DNA of 64,000 bases from an uncultured Acidobacteriaceae bacterium (GTDB taxonomy: Bacteria > Acidobacteriota > Terriglobia > Terriglobales > Acidobacteriaceae). The stretch lies in NCBI GenBank assembly GCA_963802955.1, contig CAWDKT010000002.1, positions 67,443 through 131,442 of the forward strand. The letters are read 5' to 3'. Below the pieces are notes generated by a model. It worked only from the letters and a program-made list of their open reading frames with translations. It did not search any database and had not been told where the DNA came from. How positions within the stretch are numbered: the stretch's first letter is position 1; each line of letters starts with the position of its first letter. Positions 6,987-16,900 of this stretch are shown piece after piece. Position numbers and translations under genes: made by a program.

Positions 6987-9146
6987 ATGGCCGCTTCCCC
7001 GCACTTCCGGATTGTGCACACGGTCTGCTCGCACGACTGCCCTGACTCCTGCGCTGTGCTGGTGACGGTGAATGACGAAGGCCGCGCTGTAAAAGTCGAA
7101 GGCGACCCCTCGCAGCCGGTGACGCGCGGTTTTCTCTGCGGCAAGGTGGCCAAATATCTCGATCGTGTCTACGTGCCCGACCGCATTCTCTATCCGCTGC
7201 GCCGCAAATCTGGAGTGCCTAAAACGCCATTGCCTCGCGGTCGGGAGCACGAAGCCTTTGAGAGGGTGAGCTGGGATGAAGCGCTCGACGCCATCGCCGC
7301 GCGCCTCAAACAGATCGCCGACCAGCACGGTCCCGAGTCCATCCTCCCTTACAGCTATGCAGGCACCATCGGTCAGCTCGGCTACGGCTCCATGGACCGC
7401 CGCTTCTTTCATCGTCTCGGCGCCAGCCAGCTTGACCGCACCATCTGTTCTGAAGCGGGCGGCGAGGCTTGGAAGCTGGTCTACGGAAAAAAGTTTGGAA
7501 CACCCACACAAGACTTCCGGCTGGCGAAGCTGATCCTGGCGTGGGGAGCGAACATCCACGGCAACAACATTCACCTGTGGCCATTCGTCCGGGAGGCGCG
7601 GCGCAACGGCGCAAGATTGATCGTGATCGATCCTTACCGCACGCGTACCGCTGCCCTGGCCGACTGGCACATTGCCATCCGCCCCGGAACAGACGTGGCG
7701 CTGGCCCTGGGCATGATGCACGTCATTCTCAATGAGGCCCTGGAGGATCGCGCCTACATTGCGGAGATGACGCACGGCTTCGATCGCTTGGCCGAACGCG
7801 CGCGCGAATACACGCCCGAGCGCGCGGCCCATTTCACTGGAATGACTGCGGCGGCGATTGAACAACTGGCGCGGGAGTATGCCACCACGCGCCCAGCGGC
7901 TCTGCGCCTGAACTACGGGGTGCAGCGATGCGAAAACGGCGGCACGGCCGTGCGCGCCATTGCCATGCTGCCAGTGCTCACTGGTGCGTGGAAGCATCGC
8001 GGCGGCGGTGCGCAGCTTTCCACTTCGGGCGCATTCAACTGGGATGAGAAAGCCCTCCGCCGTCCCGACCTGGCGCTGTCCTCCCCGCTCGGCCGGTTGG
8101 CACGCGTTGTCAATATGTCAAAACTCGGCCATGCGCTCACGGAGTTAGGTTCGAGCCCTGAAGATGGTCCGCCCGTCCACGCGCTCTTCGTCTACAACTC
8201 GAATCCCGGTGCAATAGCTCCCAATCGCAACGCGGTGCAGCGCGGATTGATGCGCGAGGATCTCTTCACAGTGGTGCACGATCTTTTCTTCACCGACACC
8301 ACCGACTACGCGGATTTCATTCTTCCCGCAACCACGTTTCTGGAGCACACCGACATCCAAGGCGCATACGGGCACTATTTTGTGCAGCTTTCAAAGCAAG
8401 CGATCGAGCCGCTGGGCGAAGCGCGGTCCAACGTGTGGCTCTTTGGTCAGCTTGCACAGCGCATGGGCTTTACTGAGGCCTGCTTCCGCGATACGCCGGA
8501 AGACATGATCCGGCAGGCGCTCGCCATCGATGGCGACGGCCGCTCCGCGAACGAAGGCATGGAGCACATCACCTTCGAGAAACTGGAGCGCGAAGGGCAC
8601 ATTCCGCTCGCGTTTCATGCCGACCCCGAAACCAGGCCATTCCAGCCCTATACCTCCGGCCCGTTCGCCACGCCCTCCGGCAAAATCGAGTTCTACTCTG
8701 AGGCGCTGGCGGCAGCCGGTCTCGATGCGCTTCCCGGCTTCTATCCTCCAGTCGAATCGCGCTGGGGCGATATGGCGAAGAAATATCCCCTCGAGCTGCT
8801 GGGCCGCAAAAACGACAACTACATGAACTCGACATTCGCGAATCTGCCCGGGCATCGCGCAATGGAAGAGCGGACGAATCAGAAGATCGAGATCCATCCG
8901 CAGGATGCGGAGTCACGCGGCGTAGCGGACGGCGACAGCGTGCGCGTCTTCAACGATCGCGGTTCCCTGAAATTGACTGCGATGTTGAATCCGAGCCTTC
9001 CTGCCGGCGTAGTTGCGGCGCGACTCGACTGGGCGAAGTTAGCTCCGGATGGAGGCAATGTGAATGCTCTCACCAGCGAACGCCTGACCGACATCGGCCG
9101 CGGAGCGACGTTTTATTCAGCGCTTGTGGAAGTGGCGAAAGCTTAA
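6987..9146 (+). CDS. molybdopterin-dependent oxidoreductase (DMSO reductase/MopB superfamily)
   Basis: 719 aa from the ATG at 6987. N-terminal Fe-S Cys cluster VCSHDCPDSCAVLV..FLCGK. Long MopB-like body and a C-terminal molybdopterin dinucleotide-binding-like beta-barrel (IEIHPQDAESRGVADGDSVRVFNDRGS). Confidence 0.88.
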   Translation: MAASPHFRIVHTVCSHDCPDSCAVLVTVNDEGRAVKVEGDPSQPVTRGFLCGKVAKYLDRVYVPDRILYPLRRKSGVPKTPLPRGREHEAFERVSWDEALDAIAARLKQIADQHGPESILPYSYAGTIGQLGYGSMDRRFFHRLGASQLDRTICSEAGGEAWKLVYGKKFGTPTQDFRLAKLILAWGANIHGNNIHLWPFVREARRNGARLIVIDPYRTRTAALADWHIAIRPGTDVALALGMMHVILNEALEDRAYIAEMTHGFDRLAERAREYTPERAAHFTGMTAAAIEQLAREYATTRPAALRLNYGVQRCENGGTAVRAIAMLPVLTGAWKHRGGGAQLSTSGAFNWDEKALRRPDLALSSPLGRLARVVNMSKLGHALTELGSSPEDGPPVHALFVYNSNPGAIAPNRNAVQRGLMREDLFTVVHDLFFTDTTDYADFILPATTFLEHTDIQGAYGHYFVQLSKQAIEPLGEARSNVWLFGQLAQRMGFTEACFRDTPEDMIRQALAIDGDGRSANEGMEHITFEKLEREGHIPLAFHADPETRPFQPYTSGPFATPSGKIEFYSEALAAAGLDALPGFYPPVESRWGDMAKKYPLELLGRKNDNYMNSTFANLPGHRAMEERTNQKIEIHPQDAESRGVADGDSVRVFNDRGSLKLTAMLNPSLPAGVVAARLDWAKLAPDGGNVNALTSERLTDIGRGATFYSALVEVAKA

Positions 9147-9149
9147 GAA

Positions 9150-9165
9150 CAGGGACCAAGGGACC
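9150..9165 (+). repeat. stop-proximal GA-rich 16-mer, copy b (CAGGGACCAAGGGACC)
   Basis: Begins 3 nt after the TAA at 9144-9146 and is followed by an 8-bp hairpin at 9173-9193. Confidence 0.85.
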
Positions 9166-9179
9166 AAGCGAACGAAGCA

Positions 9180-10139
9180 TCACCGATGCTTCGTCGCCCG
9201 CTCGCGCTGCAGCTCGCGGTAAACCTCGCTCTTCGATCGGCCGAGCTCGCGTGCCAACCGCTTGAGTGCTTCCTTTTCATCCACATTCAGTTCGGCCTGA
9301 ATGCCCGCAACGCGATCCGCGATCTTCTGTTTTGCCGCGGGCAAGCCTTCCGCGCGGCCAGACGAACTGGGTCTGACGGGAGCTTCCACCAGCAGCGTAA
9401 TCTCACCTCGGATACTATCGCGCGCTGCGAGATTCTTTCGCACCTCAGCCACGGTTCCCCGCACAAACTCCTCGTGGACCTTGGTCAATTCCCGCGCCAC
9501 TGCCACACGCAGGCTCGGACCCCAGCCGCTTTCGAGATCCGCCAGCGTATCGAGAATCCGGTGCGGCGCCTCGTAGAAGATCACTGTGCGCGCCGTTTCG
9601 CGCCAGAGCGCTGCGAGCTTTTCCAGGCGCGTGCGGCGTGCGCCGGCTTTCTCCGGCAGAAATCCTTGAAACTCAAATTCCTCAGCCGGCAGCCCAGAGG
9701 CAATCAGCGCGCTAATCGCGGCATTGGCGCCGGGAATCGGAAAGACTGGAATGCCTGCGGCGATCGCCTCACGTACCAGCCATCCGCCGGGGTCGCTGAT
9801 GCCCGGCGTTCCGGCATCCGTAACAAGCGCAATGCGGCCGCCCGCTTTCAGTGCCTCCACGAATTCGCCGGCGCGCTCGCGTTCGTTGTGCTCGTGGCAG
9901 CTTATCGTGCGCGTCGTGATTTGGAAATGGTTGAGCAGCTTCTGCGTCTGGCGTGTATCCTCGCAGGCAATGCGGTCCGCGCGGCGCAGCACATCGAGCG
10001 CGCGGAGCGTGATGTCGCCAAGATTGCCGATGGGTGTGGCGACGAGGTAGACGCCGGGAGCGAGCGGCTTGTACGATTCTGCTTCCCGGGTCTCAAAATC
10101 GAGACTCGGGGCACCCCCCGGTTTAGGGTGGTCCGCCAT
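9180..10139 (-). CDS. rsmI: 16S rRNA (cytidine1402-2'-O)-methyltransferase RsmI, with a C-terminal extension
   Basis: LYLVATPIGNLGDITLRALDVLRRADRIACEDTR..LVTDAGTPGISDPG, the tetrapyrrole-methylase fold typical of RsmI. Confidence 0.9.
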   Translation of the reverse strand: MADHPKPGGAPSLDFETREAESYKPLAPGVYLVATPIGNLGDITLRALDVLRRADRIACEDTRQTQKLLNHFQITTRTISCHEHNERERAGEFVEALKAGGRIALVTDAGTPGISDPGGWLVREAIAAGIPVFPIPGANAAISALIASGLPAEEFEFQGFLPEKAGARRTRLEKLAALWRETARTVIFYEAPHRILDTLADLESGWGPSLRVAVARELTKVHEEFVRGTVAEVRKNLAARDSIRGEITLLVEAPVRPSSSGRAEGLPAAKQKIADRVAGIQAELNVDEKEALKRLARELGRSKSEVYRELQRERATKHR

Positions 10140-10146
10140 CGTACCT

Positions 10147-11256
10147 TTAGTTTCCCTGTTCCTGGCGTTCGATGCGCCGCTGCTCGGCCAGCAACGACAT
10201 CGAGTTCATCAGGTTCTGCACGCTCACCACGCCGACCACGCGCCCGCTTTCTGTAATCGGGATCAGCCCCATGCCGTGGCCTGCCGTCAGGCGGCGGATG
10301 GTGGTGCCCAAGGTATCTTCAGGGCGCGCCACCTGGAAAGCCCGCGACATCACCGATTGCACATAGCCGTTGCCTTCGCTGCGCAGCGCGTCCACGATTC
10401 GTTGGCGCGAAACAATGCCGACGAGTTGCGGTCCGCGCACGACAGGAAAATCCTCCTGCAGCGAATGCACGCACCGGTGCAAAGCATCGGCCAGCGTGTC
10501 AGAGGGCGAGAGCGTAGCAAAATCGGTGAGCATCACCTCGCGCATGCGCACGGTATCCACGACGGACTGGAAAAAGACACCCTGATCCTCGATTTGCGCG
10601 CCGATCATAATGAAGAAGCCGGCGAGGATGAGCCATGGATCCTGCGCAAGCAGCCCGCCCAGCATGGCCAGTAAAGCCAGCGCTTGTCCCAGGCCTGCGG
10701 CAGCCCGCCCTGCCGGGCCAATCCCGTGCTTGCGCGCAAAACTATTTCGGATCAGCCGCCCGCAATCCAGAGGATACGCGGGCAACAGGTGGAGCACGCC
10801 GAGAAAAGCCTGCATCCAGACAAGGCTGCGCAATAAATGCGCGGGGGTGATCAAGGGGAGATCGAAGAGCCGCACATCGCCGCTCGCGCCCAGGATGGCG
10901 GCAGCGGCGGCAAGGGCTGCACCCCAGTTTGCCAGCGGCCCTGCAAGGGCCAAAGCAATCTGCCCGGCGCCACCATTGGCAATCTCCTGGCTGTTGGGGT
11001 TGGCGTAGGCAAAAAGCCCGCCAATGGGAAGCAGCAGAATGGCTCGCAGCCGCAGTCCAAGCCACGCCGCCACCAGCAAACGGGCAGTCTCACGCACCAC
11101 AACGGCCGCCACCAGAAACATAAACAGCGCAAACCCGCGCGGCCAACCATCCTGGCCGCTAACGGCAAACAGCACCAGAAGCAGGAGCGGGAAAAAGATG
11201 TGGACGCGCATCTCCACACCCATCCAGCGGCCCAGCGGGATTGACCAGCCTCGCAT
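10147..11256 (-). CDS. M50 (site-2 protease) family membrane protein with tandem C-terminal CBS domains; the HExxH motif is degenerate
   Basis: Start MRGWSIPLGR at 11256. The M50B layout is present (..LLLPIGG.., LLPAYPLDCGRL), but RETAR sits where HELGH is expected. CBS pair in the last ~130 aa. Confidence 0.8.
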   Translation of the reverse strand: MRGWSIPLGRWMGVEMRVHIFFPLLLLVLFAVSGQDGWPRGFALFMFLVAAVVVRETARLLVAAWLGLRLRAILLLPIGGLFAYANPNSQEIANGGAGQIALALAGPLANWGAALAAAAAILGASGDVRLFDLPLITPAHLLRSLVWMQAFLGVLHLLPAYPLDCGRLIRNSFARKHGIGPAGRAAAGLGQALALLAMLGGLLAQDPWLILAGFFIMIGAQIEDQGVFFQSVVDTVRMREVMLTDFATLSPSDTLADALHRCVHSLQEDFPVVRGPQLVGIVSRQRIVDALRSEGNGYVQSVMSRAFQVARPEDTLGTTIRRLTAGHGMGLIPITESGRVVGVVSVQNLMNSMSLLAEQRRIERQEQGN

Positions 11257-11382
11257 ACAAGGATTGTAGAGGTTCGCCGCACCGCGGGCGACGAAAAGCC
11301 TTGAGGCGCTCGACTTATCGGCAATGAAGCGTGGGCGTCGGTCCCGGGAGCCGGGCAAAAAAGTCGATTATTCTCATAGTCG

Positions 11383-11967
11383 ATGCGCATCATTGCAGGA
11401 TCGTATCGCTCGCGCGTTCTCGCAGCGCCTCCGGGGATGGACACCCGGCCGACCAGCGATCGTTTGCGCGAGACGCTTTTCAACGTGCTGGCGCCGCGCA
11501 TCCAGAGCGCCTCGTTCCTCGATCTCTATGCCGGTTCGGGAGCGGTGGGCATTGAGGCGCTCAGCCGCGGGGCCGTGCATGTCACTTTTGTCGAAAGGTC
11601 CCCCGCCGCGCTCAAGGTGCTGCGCGGCAATCTCGCGCGTTTCGGGATCGGCAGCGGATTCCGCGTTCATCCGGGAAGTGTGAGTGCATTCCTCATGAAG
11701 ATCTCGAAAGTGCTTCCAAAGCCAGAACGGCACGAAGTGCTTTTTCTCGATCCTCCCTACGACGCCGTGCAGGAATATGCGGCTACGCTCACGTTGCTCG
11801 GAGGTGAGGCTGTCAGGATCCTCGCGCCCGGCGCGCTCGTGATCGCCGAGCACCGGCGCAAGCAACTGGTGGAATCGTGCTATGGCAAACTCAAGCGCAG
11901 CCGATTACTCGAGCAAGGTGACGCTGCGCTGAGTTTTTTCTCGGTGGAAGGTGAGGCGAAAACCTGA
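11383..11967 (+). CDS. rsmD: 16S rRNA (guanine966-N2)-methyltransferase RsmD
   Basis: MRIIAGSYRSRVL..PGMDTRPTSDRLRETLFNVL..LDLYAGSGAVGIEALSRGA..FLDPPY. Confidence 0.9.
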   Translation: MRIIAGSYRSRVLAAPPGMDTRPTSDRLRETLFNVLAPRIQSASFLDLYAGSGAVGIEALSRGAVHVTFVERSPAALKVLRGNLARFGIGSGFRVHPGSVSAFLMKISKVLPKPERHEVLFLDPPYDAVQEYAATLTLLGGEAVRILAPGALVIAEHRRKQLVESCYGKLKRSRLLEQGDAALSFFSVEGEAKT

Positions 11968-12004
11968 TCCGTATGTTCTGCTATGAACGTACCCGGGACT
12001 CGTT

Positions 12005-13030
12005 ATGAAAGCAGTTCCCGCGGCTACAATGGGGCTCATGAAAATCATGGGCGTGTTCGCCGGGTTCGCAGCCGTCGCGTTGACTGCGTGCACATTCATA
12101 TTGGCGCACGGGCAGCAAGCAACAGAGGCCAATCCAAGACCCGAAGTCCAACAGCTCGTCGTTGTCGACACCGACATTGGCGACGACATTGACGATGCGT
12201 TTGCACTGGCTCTTCTGCTGCGCAGCCCGGAGGTCAAACTCCTCGGCATCACCACGGCCTTTGGCGATACCGAACTGCGCGCTCGCCTCGTCGATCGTTA
12301 CCTCGCGGCAGTGGGCCGGAAAGACCTTCCGGTCGAAGCAGGCGTCGCCACGCAGGCGTCGAATCACTTCACGCAAGCCGCATATGCGCGCCAGGAGCCC
12401 GATCGCAAGTATGGGGACGCTGTTGGCTTTCTGCTCCGCGAGATTCGCGCGCATCCCGGGCAGATCACCCTCATCGCCATCGGTCCGCTGTTCAACGAGC
12501 AGGCGGCGATTGCGCGCGACCCAGCCACTTTCCGCAAACTGAAGCGCGTTGTGATGATGGGCGGCAGCATCCGTCGGGGATACGACGACGAAGCGGCCGG
12601 AAATCAACAGGAGCCACCGTCGGCGGAATGGAACGTTCGCTGCGATCCGGCCGGCCTTCGCGCCTTGCTGGCTTCGGGCGTGCCGATCTTCATGATGCCG
12701 CTCGACTCGACCCAGATTCATCTCACGCTCCCGGAATTGGGGACAATCCTTTCCCACGGATCACCTCTGACGGATCAATTGACTCTGCTGTACCACCAGT
12801 GGACCGGGGCGGAGGCATGGCGAATGCCTACGCTCTACGATCCCGTGGCCGCCACGTATGCGATTCGCCCCGAGCTTTGTCCGGCGCAACCGACGCGCCT
12901 GGAAGTCGATGACGGGGGTTTTACGCGGCCTGTGACGGGATCGCCCAATGCGGAAGTCTGCCTGAAATCCGATGAGAAGGGATTCACCGATTTTCTACTC
13001 AATCGGATTGTGGGCGGCTCACTGCCTTGA
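12005..13030 (+). CDS. secreted nucleoside hydrolase (inosine-uridine preferring, IUNH family)
   Basis: Signal-like N-terminus, then the IUNH Asp cluster VVVDTDIGDDIDDAFAL and GPLFN. Confidence 0.88.
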   Translation: MKAVPAATMGLMKIMGVFAGFAAVALTACTFILAHGQQATEANPRPEVQQLVVVDTDIGDDIDDAFALALLLRSPEVKLLGITTAFGDTELRARLVDRYLAAVGRKDLPVEAGVATQASNHFTQAAYARQEPDRKYGDAVGFLLREIRAHPGQITLIAIGPLFNEQAAIARDPATFRKLKRVVMMGGSIRRGYDDEAAGNQQEPPSAEWNVRCDPAGLRALLASGVPIFMMPLDSTQIHLTLPELGTILSHGSPLTDQLTLLYHQWTGAEAWRMPTLYDPVAATYAIRPELCPAQPTRLEVDDGGFTRPVTGSPNAEVCLKSDEKGFTDFLLNRIVGGSLP

Positions 13031-13218
13031 TCAGGAATAGAAAGCGCGGAGACCTAGCGGCATTTTGCTTCCAAAGCCGCGCATTTCAGTGCTTCCCACA
13101 GGGAAATCTCACATGTGTGAGCGAGGTCACTTTCAACCAGATTGACACCCGTTGAAAGTAGGTGAAAAATGGCGGAGCGAAGGAAATCGAGCCACTTCAT
13201 GCGGTCTACGGAGGAAAT

Positions 13219-13794
13219 GTGAATATCAGGGCAAATTTGCGGGTTTCGGGAGCGATGGTTCTTTTGGTTGCAGGGTTGTGGATGGGGGGCTGCAAGTCGG
13301 CACCAGAGCTCACCCAGGCCCAGGCGCAGGCAATGATTCAGGCCAAGTACGACCAGACTCCACCTGCGGGATTCGACATTACGCTGGAGAATCAGGGAAT
13401 GGCGCAGGGTGCGCTTGCGAAGTACTGGCTCGAAACCAAGAGATACCCCAATGGCTATTGGGCCGACTTTACGCTCACCCCTGACGGCAAGAAAGCGGTC
13501 AAGCTGCTCAAGGGCGGCGATATCATCGAATGGCGGCCGGATAGCCCGGCCGATCCGCACTTCGCCGTCGTGGTGGAGTCCCTGGCCCCCACCCATCTCA
13601 AAGCAACCAACCTCGGCGACGTTCAAACCGTGGGAGACACCAGGGTCGTGCAGTACACCGAGGCAGTGGACCTTTCCTCGTTGCCGCAACCTCTGCAAGG
13701 GGTAGCAGAGACACCAGGCAACACCCTCACCACGTCGCGCCAAGCCACATTTGTTCTTACGAATGGAGCTTGGACCCTGCAATCGATCGAGTAA
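13219..13794 (+). CDS. hypothetical lipoprotein
   Basis: GTG at 13219 preceded by GGAGGAAAT. Lipobox LVAGLWMGGC. No family recognised. Confidence 0.55.
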   Translation: MNIRANLRVSGAMVLLVAGLWMGGCKSAPELTQAQAQAMIQAKYDQTPPAGFDITLENQGMAQGALAKYWLETKRYPNGYWADFTLTPDGKKAVKLLKGGDIIEWRPDSPADPHFAVVVESLAPTHLKATNLGDVQTVGDTRVVQYTEAVDLSSLPQPLQGVAETPGNTLTTSRQATFVLTNGAWTLQSIE

Positions 13795-13816
13795 GCATCG
13801 TTAAAGCACATCGGCG

Positions 13817-13853
13817 GATGGAACCTCGCACGTCGGGTTCCATCCACTTTTTC
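13817..13853 (+). terminator. intrinsic terminator after the lipoprotein gene
   Basis: 10-bp stem GGATGGAACC / GGTTCCATCC with a 10-nt loop, followed by ACTTTTT. Confidence 0.65.
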
Positions 13854-13870
13854 ATGCTTTGGGCAAGGCG

Positions 13871-13905
13871 CAAAATAAGGCCGGACAAGAATTCCTTGTC
13901 CGGCC
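13871..13905 (-). terminator. intrinsic terminator after the TonB-dependent receptor gene
   Basis: 11-bp stem GGCCGGACAAG / CTTGTCCGGCC. On the minus strand it is followed by TTATTTTG. Confidence 0.6.
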
Positions 13906-13932
13906 ATTGGATGTTGCCTCGAATCCGGTTGA

Positions 13933-16900
13933 TTAGAACGAAAGCCGCGCGCCCACTTGGATGATGCGCGGGCTTGAGGCCCCGGTGATCACGCCAAAGC
14001 CCGAAGACGATGGCGCCTGGCCATCCGTTGGCGGCGGACCGCTCGTCCCGGGCGTACTTAGAGAAACAAGGTTGAAAACGTTGGTGGCCTCTCCGCGAAG
14101 CTGAAACGTCATATTCTCCGCAAAATGAATATCGCGAAAGAGTCCCAGATCCACGTCGCGGTAACCCGGAGCGCGCAGGTAATCGCGTGGCACATTGCCG
14201 TCGGCGCCGCCGGGTCCGATGCCCCCGGCGATGCCAGGGCCGTTGTTGACGAATGCTGCAGTGTTGAACCACTCAGCCGCAGCCGCAGCACGATTACGAT
14301 GCGGATCAAGGAACGCGCTTGTCCGATTCACGGTGTCAAAGTCAGGCCGGTTGGCGTTGGCGCTATCGTCATTCTTGTTTGAACCTGTCGTGACCGAGAA
14401 GGGCTGCCCGCTCTGCATCACCCAGACTGGCGAGATGGTCCACCCATTCACCACTTCCTTCATGAAGAAGTTCGTTCCGTGATAGTAGTCGATGTTCCAC
14501 ATACCGGAAATGCTGGCCACATTACGCCGATCGGCGTCCATTGGGCCTTTTTCCTCCCACAGGTTGGCGAAGTCCTGCGCAGTCATCTGTCCGATTGCCG
14601 ACTCGTTGCTGCTCTGGATCGCGTGACTCCAGACGTAGAAGCCGTTCACCATCACATTGCGCGAAAGCGGCCGGCCCGCCGCGATCTGCAGCGAATGGTA
14701 CGAGGCTGTCTGGTTGGTGATAAGGAAGATGTTCTGGCCCAGCGTACCGGTGCCGGTAGCGTTCTGGTCGTAAGGCCGGCGCGCGTTGTAGCCGGTGGCC
14801 CCGGAAGAGCCAGAACTCTCGTTGGCGATGCCCGGGACATACGGAGCGTAGTTGCCGTCGATCATCGTGGGTACATCGCGCGAGAGTGTTCCCACATATG
14901 CGGCGGTCAGGGCCACCTGCCAGGGCAGTTGCCGCTGCACGGCGAAGTTGAATTGGTAAATATAGGGCCACTGCACGTTCGTTCCTATGCTCTCAATGCT
15001 GGCCGGGAGCAGGAAGCGCGGGCTCTTGGGATTGAAGGTGTACGGGAAAGGATCTCCGCTGGGGAACGACGACGCTGTTCCATTCACCATCGCGGTTGCG
15101 TACGGGTTTGACGCCGAGTTCACCGACCCGAATGTCTGGCGAACTGCGTACGGGTTGGCATTGCCAGGCTGGTTCCACTCGTTGCCGCTGGTGGTTCCGT
15201 AGAACACGCCCGCACCCATGCGAATAGCGGTCTTGCCATCCCCGAACGGATCCCAGGCGAAACCGATGCGCGGCGCAACATGGTGGTATTTTGTCGAGAT
15301 GATACCGCGGGCCACGCCCGAGTCACCCGGGAAGAACATACCCGCCGGCGCGCCCGCAATCACGGTAGATTGTGTGCCGCCCACGCCGCCGCTGCTCGTC
15401 AGCGCGGCTTTGCTGGGAATAAACGCCGCCGTCAGATTCGACGACTCAACCGGAGGAGTGTCGATGTCCCACCGGATGCCGAGATCGGCCGTGAACCTGG
15501 GCGTGATCCGGTAATTGTCCTGGAAGAATACGGCTGTGTGCCAGGCACTCATCAGCGTGTGGTACGGCGTGTCCTGTTCCAGCGACGACAGCATGCCGGT
15601 GTAGAAATCCGCCAATGCGTTGCCGGTGGTTGTGGGAGCAGAGCTCGCGTAAGAGAAATTACCGTAGTTGTACAGATTGCCGACGAACATGCCCTTGTCG
15701 AGCGCAAACTCGCCGCCGAAGAAGAGACTGTGCTTGCCCTTGGTCATGCTGACCATGTCGCGGAGCGAATAGAAGTCTGACGTCGTGACCGGGCCGGCCA
15801 GCGAATCCTGGGCGTGGAAGTATCCGGATACGTTCAGATCCGGCAGTGTGGAAGGCCCTTGGATGGTGTATGCCGATCCGAGCTGTCCAGCGTTGGCAGT
15901 AGGTAGATTGACTCGCCCGCCGGCTGCCCGTGTGAACGAAAGCCAAGCCTGGTTTGCGGTAGTCGCGCCAAAGGTGTGCACGTCGCTTACGTTGGCGTTG
16001 GTCTGGTTGGTGTACGACTGATTGATCGTCCAGGGAGCGATGTTGCCGCCGCCAAAAGCATTCTGCGTCGTACGCACGAAGAAATAAGTTGCGGCCACGT
16101 GATCCTTGTCGCTGAGAACCTCGTCGTACTTCGCGAGGTACTCGTTTTCGTCGGTCGGTCCAGTGAAATAGCCGATCCACTGGAGATTTGCGCTCGAGCC
16201 GCTCAGAGGCGCATTGGGCAGCGGGAGCGAGGCACTCGTATTCTTGCCGCCCATGACAGTTGCTGCCAACGGATCCTCGCCGATCACCGTACCAATCGTC
16301 GTTGCCGGCAGGCAGTTCTTATTCGTGGGGTTGCCGGAGCTCACGCCGACCGATGTACAGCCGGCGCCGGTGTTGGTCTGGTTCGTATAGTTCGTCTTCG
16401 TCCCCGGCATGTTAATCGTGAACGGTGTTGAGTGATAGTAGGAGTATTTTCCAGCGCTATCGCTGGGATTGGGCAAGTCTTGCGTGAAGTCGCCCAGCCG
16501 CTCCGCCGCCGTGGGTACCCGGCCGCCGCTCACATACTGGCCAACCACCTGGCGCAGTCCTCCGTAGCTGAAGAAGAAGAATGCCTTGTCCTTCTTGATG
16601 GGTCCACCCACCACTCCCCCGAACTGATTGCGGTGATAGGGAGCCTTGATGAAGTTTCCGTTCGCATCTTTGGGCGCATTCCAGTTGTAGGCGTTGAAGT
16701 CGGTGTTGCGGTTGAACTCAAACAGTGTGCCATGGAACTGATTCGTGCCCGACTTGGTGACGGCTGTGACAACCGCGGAGGACATGTGGCCGTACTGAGC
16801 CGAGAAGTCGCTGGTTTCCACGCGGAACTCTTCCAGTGCGTCCGGGTTCGGCAGTTGGTTGCCGTAGTTGCGAATGCCGTTGATGTTCAGGCCGCCATCC

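Noticed and set aside
6951-7997. The N-terminal ~350 aa of the listed 478-aa minus-strand ORF.
   Set aside because: Only the last 129 aa (6561-6950) form the RbsD/FucU homologue. The remainder is antisense to the molybdopterin oxidoreductase and has shadow-ORF composition.
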